Part shown: in pieces, positions 1-12,569 of the stretch
Numbering within the stretch: the stretch's first letter is position 1
Layout of the letters: each line of letters begins with the position of its first letter
Assembly (NCBI RefSeq): GCF_009914755.1
Contig: NC_060939.1
Reading direction: 5' to 3' (one strand)
Length of the DNA stretch: 64,000 nt
Source of the DNA: the human T2T-CHM13v2.0 reference genome, Homo sapiens
Position numbers and translations under genes: made by a program
The notes under the pieces: model-generated
Told to the model about the DNA's origin: nothing
Seen by the model: only the letters and a program-made list of their open reading frames with translations
The model's database searches: none

Positions 1-132
1 TTGCCATATTGTAAAAATTACCCATCATGTAATAGAAAAATAAAAATATTGATCTCAGGTGCTGTTACCCTTAGAAATAATCCAGCAGGTCTCCTTTTTT
101 GTTCAGATTCTTTGCCCCACGTAGACTACAAC

Positions 133-139
<7 letters not shown>

Positions 140-172
<33 letters not shown>
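140..172 (+). repeat. (TG)16 microsatellite
   Basis: Direct reading. Confidence 0.97.
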
Positions 173-175
<3 letters not shown>

Positions 176-1600
176 TGTATGCACTTGCAGCTTTAATTTT
201 GTAATTTTTAAAATAGCCATCAGATTCAATGACCCTCAGCTAATTCATGAAGTAGACTATGGCCCAGTCCTCATTTTGAAAGCTCACCCTTTGTTACTGA
301 AATACTCTGCTGATATTTCCCCAATTTCTGAGCTTCCTACTTAATTTACTGCTTCATTCTCTTTCCTCCTGGATCATGATACCAAGAGTACCATTTGTTC
401 CTGCAAAGCTGCCCAGAATTCATTGTCAACAATTCTATATATCACCTCCTGGGGAAACACATACACATACCACAAATATATTCATGTACATATGTGCATA
501 AGTATACACACATATAATTTTAGTTACAAAATATCTTAGTTATAAAAATTTAGTTACAAATTTTAGTTATAAAATGTCTATAGTAATAACTAATAGATGC
601 TCTCTTGTATCTTACATTCTTTAATAATTTATCCTAAACATCTTTTCTTATTTTAACATATCTATCTCCCATGCATTCATTTTTAATTAGTCTTTTATTG
701 ACAGATACTTTAATTGCATACTTATGGAAGTTATAATACCAAATTTAATTTGGTATTATTTCATGTTGGTTATTTCATGTTGGATCTGGGACCAACATAA
801 TGAGAAGAGAACAACCATTAAGCCATTGAGAGAGATATTTGGGGGCAACAAGGGCCTGAAGCCACCTCATTCACCACCTCATCATAGGCACACTAACCCT
901 GTTCAAGTTCATGAATATCTCGTAATTAGCGATGGTTTTCCTAATGGCTCTTTAGAAAAGCATGTTAACATGTGAAATTGACCAAAGTAAAAATTGTTTC
1001 TTAGTTCAAACATTTTATCATTATAACTTTTCATTCCTTCAAAATTATAAACATCTGTATTTTTAAATGATGCTTCTCATCAAACCTCGCTAAAAGAAAC
1101 CTTTTTTTAAAATCCATAGTATTTCAGGAAAGACTATATGATGCAAACTTATTTTTTTAACTTTTAAAGTTTTTTTGTGACTAAAAGTAAATGCAGCACA
1201 TGTATAATTTCCGAAGTATTTTTTAAAAAGTAGTTATCTTGAGAAAATCATGAAAATTTTTTCCTATGTATGCTATACTTAATCCTTTTAGTAGCAAGAC
1301 TATTTTAGAAGCAAGCATTAATAACATCATAACATTGTAATAATGATATTGTTTTGCATTTATTGCATTGTTAGTATAAATAGAAGAGTGCAGCTTTCCA
1401 AGAGTAAAAATATAATATTTCCAAATTGTTTACGTTCTATAATGTTTTATGACAAAAATATTTTAAGAATACCTTGAGTATTTTTAAAATTGTATACAGT
1501 TTACTTTCCATTTTCTTTCATGAGAAGCTAGTTTTAGTTTATTTTCCCACTAGAAGTTTACTGCTGACAACCTTATCCATTTTGTTTCCTAATTAACCAG

Positions 1601-1690
1601 GAAAACTTTCCTGCAAGCAATACTGAAAGACTGCAAGACCTGAAATCAACTGTTGACCTGTTAACAAGTATCACCTTTTTTAGGATGAAG
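1601..1690 (+). CDS. UNC13C: UNC13C internal coding exon (90 nt, phase 0-0), N-terminal MUN region
   Basis: Acceptor tttgtttcctaattaaccAG|GAA and donor AAG|GTatct. Translates [30 protein letters not shown], a conserved Munc13 segment (UNC13A recalled as [30 protein letters not shown]). Confidence 0.95.
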
Positions 1691-2739
1691 GTATCTCATT
1701 TTATTTCTGTCACTGTTTTGTTGTGACATAGAATACATTCATCCCCTGGTAAAGTCTTGCTTTACCCTCCTCTTGATCAAGTACTGTGTTAACTCCATCG
1801 ATTAAGCTGTACTATCTTTGCCTGAACTCGATGAATCTTCCAATATAAGGTATAGTGAAGAAGAGATTATCCTAGACACTTAAAATACTCTGATACATTT
1901 GGCTCTAATTTAGTTCTCAGTTAAATTTGTCTTAGAGAAAGCTCTCTAGTAAGTGGATGTGGCACTTAAAAAATTTCCAAAGAATGTTAAATGGAAATGG
2001 AGTTCACTTCTAATTTTAGTTTTAACTTAGATGTTTTGCCGACTTTTTTGCTACAAGAAAGTAGCTGACTCTTTTAAGTTTACCCCAATTGTGGCAACTT
2101 CCATTTTCAGCACTGGGAATGTCTGTGTAGGAATATATTTGATCACCTATCTATTGGTATAATTGGCTAGGCCTTACAAACCAGGTATTTCTTTTTAGAT
2201 ATATCATTTCTGCTTTAATTGCGAGTTTTCTGCAGTCATAGTTCTGGCTTGCAGTGCAACTTATGTAAAGCATTTTCAGAAACTACTTGCCGGGCTGTGG
2301 GCTAAAATATACACTCTTTGAAAGACAGTATTACGATGCTTATTCAGAAAATTCCTAAATAGCAACAATTTTTTTCTTTGCATTTGCCCATAATTTTTTT
2401 CACTAGAACCTCTAAAAATGGCATTTTGTAATAAAAGAGAGACACAAAGGGAAACCATACTATATCAAAGTTCATTTAGATTCTTTAAAGTTGAATTAAA
2501 ATTCATTTGGTTTAAAATCAGGCTAACTAGGTGATTAGGATAAATAGAATTTACATCAATTCTAATCTACTGTCAGTAGCTACTGGAACAATGTGCAGCT
2601 AATGATGGCGAGACCCAATCAAGTTGAGTTAGATTGACAAGTGATGTCTGCCATTGACACTGAGGAGTGAGGAATGGGAGTGAGGGTAGGGTGTGCCAGC
2701 ACAGTGCTACCCATCTACCATGCCTCCTTGTTTAAAAAC

Positions 2740-5700
2740 ACTATCTCCTTAAACTTGTAACTATTCTTCCCCAACCCTCACTACCAGTTGATTACTTTGC
2801 TTCCTATTTCAATGAAAAAAAAAATAGGAGGAAAGAAAGAGGAGCATCCTCAAGCTCCAATCACATACTCCCACCACCTACCCCAGTAGGTACTTCCTTG
2901 TATGTGTCCATATATTCTTTCTTTTTTAGTATTGATGAGCCATCTGTTTTCTTAGAAAATGTGGTCTCTTCTACTGGTGCAATTGATTTTGTCTTCTCTT
3001 GTGCACTAAAATATTGTTCCAGCAATCCTCTCCACTCTCCTGAATTGCCAACTTTCCCCTATGTATGTGCTATTGATTTTACAGTCTTCAAAATACTGCT
3101 TGGCATCACTTTCTTCTATAGCTACTACCCCAGTTCATTTCCCTTAATAGCAAAACTCCTTGAAATAGTCATCTATACATTTCTTTCCAATTAATTTCCT
3201 CCTATTATCTTTTGAACAAATTTTCTTCTCCTGTTATTCTTTTTTCTCATTGCAGAGAGTAAAAATCACTCTTTTGTTGTACAGTCCTATTAGTTTTGAC
3301 AAATGTGTAGTCATATAACCACCAGAGCAATAAGATACAGAACAGTTCCATGAGCCTACAAAATTCCCTTGTGCTATACCATTGTTGTCAACCCTTCTCC
3401 CACATGCTGGTAACCACCGATTTGTTCTTTGCCTGTAGGTTTGCCTTTCCTAGAACATCATGTAAATGAAATCATACACGATGTAGCATAACACAATAGA
3501 GAATCATTGGTGTTGAATGTATCAACAATTCACTTCTGTTAATTGCTAAGGAGTAATTCTTTGTTATGTATGTGCTATCGATTTATCCATTCCCTCATTG
3601 AGAGATGTTTGAGTTATTTACAATTTTGGTTTCTTACAAATAAAACTGTTTTAAATAAGCATGGGATTATAGTTGTAAACATATGTTTTTATGTTCCTTG
3701 GGTTAAATCCTCAGCAGCAGTGTGTGAGAGTCCCAATTGTTCTGCATCCTCTAGCAAAACTCTTGGGATTTTCCATGTTATGTATGTATGTATGTATATA
3801 TTTCTTATTCTAGTAGAAGTGACGTTGCATTATCTTAATGTATTAATTTTATTTGTCTAAAAATTAATAATATTGAGAATTTTGGAGGGGTTGATTTTCT
3901 ATCTGAATATCTTTTTTTGTGAAGAATGTTGAAATTTTTACCCATATTTATTAGCTGGTTTTCTTACTGTTAAGGGCATTTTAATTTTAATTATTTTAAA
4001 TTGATAGATAAAATTGTATGTATTTATTGTGTACAACATGATGCTTTAAAATGTGTATACATTGCAGAATGGCTAAATCTAGCTAATTAACGTATGCATT
4101 ACCTCACAAAGTTATCATATTTGTGAGGAGAATATCTAAAATCTACTTTCTTGCATTCTTCAAGAATACAGTAGTCTCGAGTTTTGAGAGTTTTTATATG
4201 TTTTGAATACAATTTTTTGTCAGATATGTGATTTGCTATTATTTTTGCCTTGTTTGTGCCTTGTCTTTTAATTGTCTTAAAAATATCTCATATAGCAAGT
4301 TTTTAATTTTGGTCTACTTTATCATTTTTTTTTTCTAATTATGGATAATGCTCTTGGTTAAACCAACATCACAAAGAGGTTTTTTTGGTGTGTTTCTTCT
4401 AAAAGATTGGTTTTACCTTTTATATTTGGGCATATTTTTTATTTAGAATTTTGGGGATTGTTTTGCTGGTTGTTTTTGTTTGATATAAGGTGTAAAGTGT
4501 GAATCAAGGATAACATTTTACATATTTATGTTTAATAGTTCCAGCAGCATTTATTAGAAAGATTTTCCTTTCTCCATTGAATTGCTTTCATATTATTGTA
4601 AAAAATTAAATTGACCATATATGTATGGGTCTATTTCTGAACTCTCTATACTGTTCAATTGTTTGTACATCCACCACTACCATCCTGTCTTGATTACTGT
4701 GACCTTATAGCAAATCATTAAAAAAGATAATGTGCATCCCACCTCGTTTCTTCATTTTTCACAATTGTATAGGTGATTTTCATTCCTTCTGGGATTTTAA
4801 TTGAGATTGCATTTCATCTATAGATAAATCCGGAGAGAACTGACATTTTAACAATATTAAAACTTCAACTCTGTCCTTAGTTTTTGACCACACTGTAATC
4901 AGACTTTTACTCTCTCACTTCACCAAAAATAATTTGTCAACATCTCATGTTTTATTTCTCTCCTATACCATTGGCTCTTTTGGGAGCAGGGTGGGGGGTA
5001 CTCTCTACTGCTTTATTCCTTCTCATTTGTCTGTTGTCACAGATTTAGAATTATGTAAGATTTAACCGGATTTATTTCTTGGACCTCTTCTCTTCACTAT
5101 CCATACTCAACCAGCGTTGTTTCTTTATATTCTTCTGTAAGCTAATAATTTCCAAATTTATATCTCTAACCAGAACTTTTCCACAACTGTAGATTCATTT
5201 ATCCAAATATCTTCTTGAAATTCATATATATGCCTAATAGGCTTCTTAAACTGTTCAGAATTGACTCCTGAGCTCCCATCCACAGTTTTTCCCATTTAAA
5301 TTGAAGTCACCTCCCTTATGGCAGTTGCTCAGGCTAAAATATTGGGGTCAACTGGAGTCAGCTCTCACACCAGTCATCCAGTCTGTCAGAAAATCCTGTT
5401 AGCTCTTTTTTTCTAAATTTTACCAGAATATGATTTCTTCTAATAATTTCTAATTCTACCACCTTGATCAAGCATCATCTTCTCTAGACTAAATTGTAAC
5501 GCTGTTCTCATAATTGGTCTTTCTATTTTTTTCATAGCCCACTTTAAGGCAGCGTAAGGGAGCCTTATAAAAGTTAGTTGTTTTGCTAAAATTAGGCCAT
5601 TTTGCTCTTATGCTTAAACTATCCAGTTCCTTCCCACCTCGCTAAAAGCTAAGATTTTTATAGTGGTCTATATGTAGTTTCCCCTTGTTCTCACCCTACA

Positions 5701-5945
5701 GCTTCATTTACTCTTGCCGTTTATTGTATTAATTCTATTCCATTGAAACGCTTCCCATCCTTCCTCTGTTTTACTTTTCAACATGCATCATCATGTAATA
5801 TATTTTACGTATTTATTTTATTATCTACTTGAACTTAAGCCCATGAGGAAAGGGATTTTTGTTTCTATCATTCATTGCTGTATCACCATTATCTGGCATA
5901 TAGGAAGTGATGAATATTTGTTGAATGATGGAATGGAATGAAATC
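2740..5945 (+). mobile_element. Old L2 LINE remnant, interrupted by antisense L1 pieces
   Basis: L2-like pyrimidine-rich body with the typical tail ...gaatatttgttgaatgatggaatg at ~5910-5940. Boundaries approximate. Confidence 0.6.
3255..4865 (-). mobile_element. L1M (L1ME/MC-like) antisense fragment with a nested L1MA 3' end (~3995-4172)
   Basis: Antisense ORF2-like text (gggtctatttctgaactctct; gattactgtgaccttatag) and an L1MA 3'UTR signature (tgtgtacaacatgatg...ctagctaattaacgtatgcattacctcac). Confidence 0.7.
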
Positions 5946-6194
5946 AATGCATGAAGTACTAACTGGTCACGTTAAGTGTTTTTATTTGAGTGTTTACAGC
6001 CATTATCATTTTCAATAAGTTTTTATATCAGAAAGTTAAAATGTTTACACATTTAAAACCACATGGTAAGATGACACTTACTGAACATAGAAAAATCGAC
6101 TGAAAGTATTTATTGAATATATATTTGAGTAGTTTATACTAGATTACAATGTGTCACTGTTGCATTTGAGAAAATAAATGTCTGTCTTTGTCAG

Positions 6195-6323
6195 GTTCTG
6201 GAGCTGCAAAGCCCCCCAAAAGCGAGCATGGTGGTGAAGGACTGTGTAAGGGCTTGCCTGGATTCTACATACAAGTATATTTTTGACAACTGCCATGAAC
6301 TCTACTCCCAGCTAACAGACCCG
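6195..6323 (+). CDS. UNC13C: UNC13C internal coding exon (129 nt, phase 0-0)
   Basis: Acceptor tctgtctttgtcAG|GTT and donor CCG|GTaaga. Translates [43 protein letters not shown], in frame with the previous exon. Confidence 0.95.
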
Positions 6324-6632
6324 GTAAGAAAATATGTATGTCTTTTATAATCGCCACTTTTGTTTCTAGTATCTGTTTCCATAAGTTTAGCATAATAGTA
6401 AATAGAAAAGTATGTTCATTTAATTTCACATTAACTGCAAATTTGAGAATTTCCATACCTTTTCTTCATATTTGAATATCACTTTCACATACATGAACTA
6501 ATTCGCTCCTTAAAATAACTTTATCTAGTAAAGGCACATATTATTTAAGGTTTTAGCTGGAGAATCAGTTTCAGAAAAATGAAGACATTTTCTCAAGGTC
6601 ACAAGGTAGGTAACTGGCAGATTTGGGACTAG

Positions 6633-7008
<376 letters not shown>

Positions 7009-7044
7009 TAATTTATTAAGAAATATTTCAAAAATACAATTTAA

Positions 7045-9420
7045 ATCAAAACCACAATGAGATACAATCTCACAGCAGTAGTAATGGCTATTATTATTAT
7101 TTTAAATTTTTATTTCCATAGGTTTTTGGGGAACAAGTGGCATTTGGTTACATGAGTAAGTTCTTTAGTAGTGATTTCTGAGATTTCGGTGCACCCATCA
7201 CCCAAGCAGTGTACACTGAACCCAATTTGTAGTCTTTTTTCCCTCACACCCCTCCGAGCCTTTCCCCAGAGTCCTCAAAGTCCATTGTATCATTCTTACG
7301 CCTTTGCACCCTCATAGCTTAGCTCCCACTTATGAGTGAAAACATACAATGTTTAGCTTTCTATTCCTGAATTACTTCACTTAGAATAATAGTCTTCAGT
7401 TCTATCTAGGTTGCTGTGAATGCCATTAATTCATTCCTTTTTATGGCTGAATAGTAGTATTCCATTATGTGGAGAGATATATATATATATATATCACAGT
7501 TTGTTTATTCACTCGTTGATTGATGGGCATTTAGGCTGGTTCCATATTTTTAGAATTGTAAATTGTGCTGCTATAAACCTGCATGTGCAAGTATCTTTTT
7601 TGTGCATGGACTTCTTTTCCTCTGGGTAGATACCCAGTAGTGAGATTTCTGGTTTAAATGGTAGTTCTACTCTTAGTTCTCTAAGAGATCTCCACACTGT
7701 TTTCCAAAGTGGTTGTGCTAGTTTACATTCCCATTAGCAGTGTAGAAGTGTTCTCTTTTCACTGCATCCATGACAACGTCTATTATTTTTTATGTTTTTA
7801 CTATGGCCATTCTTCCAGTAGTAATGTGGTATTGCATTGTGGTTTGGATTTGTATTTCCCTGATCATTAGTTATGTTGAGCATTTTTTCATGTATTTGTT
7901 GGCCATTTGTATATCTTCTTTTGAGAACTGTCTATTCATGTCCTTATCCCACTTTCTGATAAGATTTTTTTTCTTACTAATTTGTTTGAGTTTCTTGTAG
8001 ATTCTGGATATTAGTCCTCTGACAGATGTATAGATTGTGAAGATTTTCTCCCACTCTGTGGGTTGTCTATTTACTCTACTGACTGTTCCTTTTGCTGTGC
8101 AGAAGCTCTTTAGTTTAATTAAATCCCACCTATTTATCTTTGTTTTTGTTGCATTTGCTTTTAGGTTCTTGGTCATGAAGACTTTGGCTAAGCCAATGTC
8201 TAGAAGGGTTTTTCTGATGTTATCTGCTAGAATTTTTATAGTTCGAGGTCTTAGATTTAAGTTCCTTGACCTATCATGAGTAGATTTTTGTATAAGATGA
8301 GAGATGAAGATCCAGTTTCATTTTCCTACATGTGGCTTGCCAATTATCCCAGCACCATTTGTTGAATAGGGTATTCTTTCCCTACTTTATATTTTTGTTT
8401 GCTTTGTTAAAGATCAGTTGGCTGTAAGTATGCGGGTTTATTTATGTGTTCTCTATTCTCTTCCATGGGTCTATATGCCTATTTTTATACCAGTACCATG
8501 CTGTTTTGGTGACTATGGCCTTACAGTATAATTTGAAGTTAGGTAATGTGAGGTCTCCAGATGTGTTCCTTTTGCTTAGTCTTGCTTTGGCTGTGTGGGC
8601 TCTGTTTTGGTTCCATATGAATTTTAGGACTGTTTTTTCTAGTTCTGTGAAGAATTATCATGGTATTTTGATGGGAATTGCATCAAATTTGCAGATTGCT
8701 TTTGGCAGTATGGTCATTTTCACAATATTGATTCTACACATCCATAAACATTCAGAATGGCTATTATTAAAACATCAAAAAACAATACATGCTGGTAAGG
8801 CTGCAGAAAAAAGGGAATGCTTATACACTGTTGGTGGGAATATAAATGTGTTCAGTCACTGTGGAAGGCAGTATGGAGGTTTCTCAAAAAACTTAAAACA
8901 GAACTACCATTTGACCTAGCAATCCCATTACTGAGAATCTATACAAAAGAAAATCAGTTTTTCTACTAAAAAGATAAATGCACTCATATATTCATCACAG
9001 CACTATTCACAAAAGCAAAGACATGGAATCAACCTAGGTGCCCATCCATGGTGGACTGGATAAAGAAAATGTGGTATATGCACACCATGGTATACTATGT
9101 AGCCATCAAAAAGAATGAAATAATGTCCTTTGCAGCAACATGGATGTGTCCGGAGGTCATTATCCTAAACAAAATAACGCAGGAAAGGAAAACTAAATAC
9201 TGCATATTCTCACTTATAAGTGAGAGCTTATAAAGATGGGAACAATAGAAACTAGGCCTACTGGCAATGGGAGAGGGCTTAAAAACTCACTATTGGGTCC
9301 TATGTTCAGTACCTGGGTAAGGGGATCAGTCGTACGCAAACCTCAGCATCACACAGTCTGTTCAGGTAACAAACCTACATATATACCTCATGAATCTAAA
9401 ATAAATGTTGAAATTATTTT
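7045..9420 (+). mobile_element. Sense L1 3' end (L1PA16/L1PB4-like), split by an antisense L1 at 7096-8755
   Basis: aaaccacaatgagata...aatggctattatt resumes at 8756 and continues through the ORF2 end (...CIFSLISES) and the 3'UTR to ctaaaataaatgttgaaa. Confidence 0.85.
7096..8755 (-). mobile_element. 5'-truncated L1PB-like element with TSD aatggctattatt
   Basis: L1PB-type 3'UTR (tttttggggaacaagtgg...ttacatgagtaagttctttagt). Minus-strand ORF2 remnant [20 protein letters not shown] copies at 7083-7095 and 8756-8768. Confidence 0.9.
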
Positions 9421-9562
9421 TAAAAATTTCAGGAATACAAAAAAATATAGAAACCAAATCAAACATGTATATGCTTACTACCTATAACCATGTTAACATT
9501 TTCCAATATTTCTCTGCTCTTGTTTAAAGACATTAAATGTTACACATAAAATAGTATTTTGC

Positions 9563-9822
9563 TTGGGAGGCCGAGGCAGGTAGATCACGAGGTCAGGAGA
9601 TCGAGACCATCCTGGCTAACACAATGAAACCCCGTCTCTGCTAAAAATACAAAAAATTAACCAGGAGTGGTGGTGGGCACCTGTAGTCCCAACTACTCAG
9701 GAGGCTGAGGCAGGAGAATGGTGTGAACCCGGGAGGCGGAGCTTGCAGTGAGCCGAGGTTGCACCACTGCACTCCAGCCTGGGCGACAGAGCGAGACTCT
9801 GTCTCAAAAAAAAAAAAAAAAA
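9563..9822 (+). mobile_element. AluY, 5'-truncated, A17 tail
   Basis: AluY diagnostics (gagatcgagaccatcctggctaacac, gcggagcttgcagtgagc). Degenerate TSD aaaatagtattttgctt / aaagtagtatttcgctt. Confidence 0.93.
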
Positions 9823-10189
9823 GTAGTATTTCGCTTTGTATTTCCCAATCCCATCCTACTCCTTTTTTGTCCATTGGAGATGGACACTATTCTAATATTG
9901 GTGTGTTTGAACGTATTTTCACATATGATCAATGAACGCTTGAGTTTTATGTTCTGTGAATTGCCTGTCAATCTTTTGTGTGTGTTTCTCTTGGTTTTCT
10001 TGTCTGTTACTTATTAATTTATAGAAAAATCTAAAAATATTGTGGATACTAATCCTTTTTTGGTTATATGGATTTCATAGATTATTTCCCTCTTGATGAC
10101 ACATCTTTTTGTTATATTGAAGTTTTCTAATGCATACTATGACATATATAGCTATTACTTCTATAAAATTGGATTTTACAAATGTAGTC

Positions 10190-10408
10190 TAGCTTGGGCA
10201 ACCTGGGCAACATAGCAAGACCCTATCTCTACAATTTTTTTTTTAATTAGCTGTGTATGGTGGTATGTGTCTATAGTCACACCTACTTAGGAGGTTAAGG
10301 TGGTTAGAGTGAGTCCAGGAATTGGAAGTTAGAGTGATCTATGATTGCTCCACTGCATTCCAGCCTTGGTGACACAGCAAGACCCTATCTCTATTTAAAA
10401 AAAAAAAA
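10190..10408 (+). mobile_element. Truncated old AluJ
   Basis: ctgggcaacatagcaagaccctatctct...ccactgcattccagcc...A tail; strongly diverged. Confidence 0.85.
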
Positions 10409-10972
10409 TGTGTCTATCACCTGTCCTTTCAGGAAGAGTGCACTTGGTCCACTAGATATTAAAAATTGTGTAATTATCCATGAAACATTCTGTTTACTTG
10501 GGAGAGGCAAATTCTAGAAAGCAATGTTAGATGAAGGCAAGTAAGACTCTTCCAAACTGGATTTTTAGCTAGGTTTCATATAGTATATTTCTGGGGTCAC
10601 TGTTTTTTGTTTTTGTTTTTGTTTTTTTTGTTTTGCTTTATAAGAAAACAAATTAAGCTGAGTTTGGCATTGCATAAGCAAAACAATATATAACCACATA
10701 CTTGTTCATAACTTTAGCTTATCAACTCTGTTAGATATGCTTAGTTTTAAAACTTGGTCCTCCAGGATTTCTAGGAGCTAAATTGGTGCTCACTTGTACT
10801 TTCCCATGAGTAGTTTTCTAATGACTTTTCTTTGTCTAATCTCTACTTTCCATCTTCCTCCCATAGGGCTCTTTCAATTCTTTTACATTTGTCAACATCA
10901 TTATCTTTATTTTACCTAAAGGCTAAGATTGAAACTTTTTATTGTACCATGTAATTACCCATGCATAACTTT

Positions 10973-11270
<298 letters not shown>

Positions 11271-11490
11271 TAACTTTATAATCAATCTTACCAGACTTTA
11301 CCAGGTTCAGTTTCCTACTCCTCACACTCCTGAACCAAACTGCTCTGCTCTCATGAGCCCTAAATTTTATAATTTCCATGAATCAGCCATCCTTTTTCAC
11401 ATCCTTGCATTTATGCATCCTGTTCTATATGCCTGAAGAAATTCTCCCTCCTTCCCTGCTTTCATCAAAATCCAGCTCAAATATGATCTT

Positions 11491-11999
11491 TGTCAAAGAA
11501 AAAATTATTCATTACACCCATTAAAGAATGGTAAGGCAGACTATTCAAAGAGTACTATTACAATAGTTACACAGGAAGGCTACCCCAATAGGATTTTATA
11601 GTAGAAAAGAGAAATTGGGCTCAACTATGAATACCACAAGGAAAAGTGGGAATTTATAGCCAAGGAGCTGAGTTAAGGGGAGGGGCTTACTGGATAGAAA
11701 TTACTAAGAGTTAACATTTGGGGTAAGGGGGGGTCCTGGCTAACAGATCTGATGGGATTCTTGCTGAAGGCAGACCAGGGTGATCAAATATCACCAGAAG
11801 CATTGTAGAGGAAGGAAACCTGATCAGATACCAAAGTGTGATCATATATCAAAAATGAAAAATTCTGGCTAAACTGAGAAGATTCTTGCTAAATTGGACA
11901 ATGCAGAAACTAACATGGAAGTTCGAAAGTTGGGGCCTGGTTAAAAAGAGAGCTCAGAAGAGTTTGATCAAAGTTTAGTCAAAGAGAGAATCTTTATCA
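11491..11999 (-). mobile_element. ERV1-type solo LTR (MER31/MER67-like)
   Basis: TG...CA termini. Minus strand starts tgataaagattctctctttgactaaactttgatc, like recalled MER31/MER67 starts. Confidence 0.65.
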
Positions 12000-12569
12000 T
12001 TTCCTCATCTACTAATTAATACTCAGTGGATTAATTAAGCTGCCAAAGTGAAGTGGCATACCTTACTTGATGTCTTTCTAATACATAAATAATAACAACA
12101 GCAATAATAAACGAACAGTTTATTTCTGTAAGAGAGCTTCGTAGGTAGTTCCCATAAAGCAAACGTGCCCCTAACAAAAAGTAAATGAATTATGTCACAT
12201 CAAAATAATCTAATATAGCTTAATATTTTATGACTTGGCTTTCAGAAAAGATAATTATATAATTTTCTTACTGGTTTTATTTTTAGGTAGATAGATCTTA
12301 GATTTTATGCGAAATTTTGTCAATGTAGGGAATGCTTGGGGCTAAGCTTTAAATCTTGGAAAAATACTTTTTCATCAACATTGTTATTATTTGAAATTCT
12401 AAAGGAAGCATCCATTGGAGCTGAATTATTTAGGGGGTTAATGCTCTCTCGAGCCCTTTTGAAGCCATCTAGGAATACTTCATATGATTAAGGCTTATCT
12501 CCCCTCAGTTGGCTGCAACTCCATGCTCCTAAGAGCTCAAGTTAAGACCTTTTTGTCTTATAGCATACG

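Noticed and set aside
519-575. Short degenerate ttagtta(c/t)aaa repeats (similar case at 47296-47370)
   Set aside because: These are ordinary slippage duplications in AT-rich DNA with no sign of function.
8446-8919. 157-aa ORF
   Set aside because: It is a chance read-through across the antisense/sense L1 junction.
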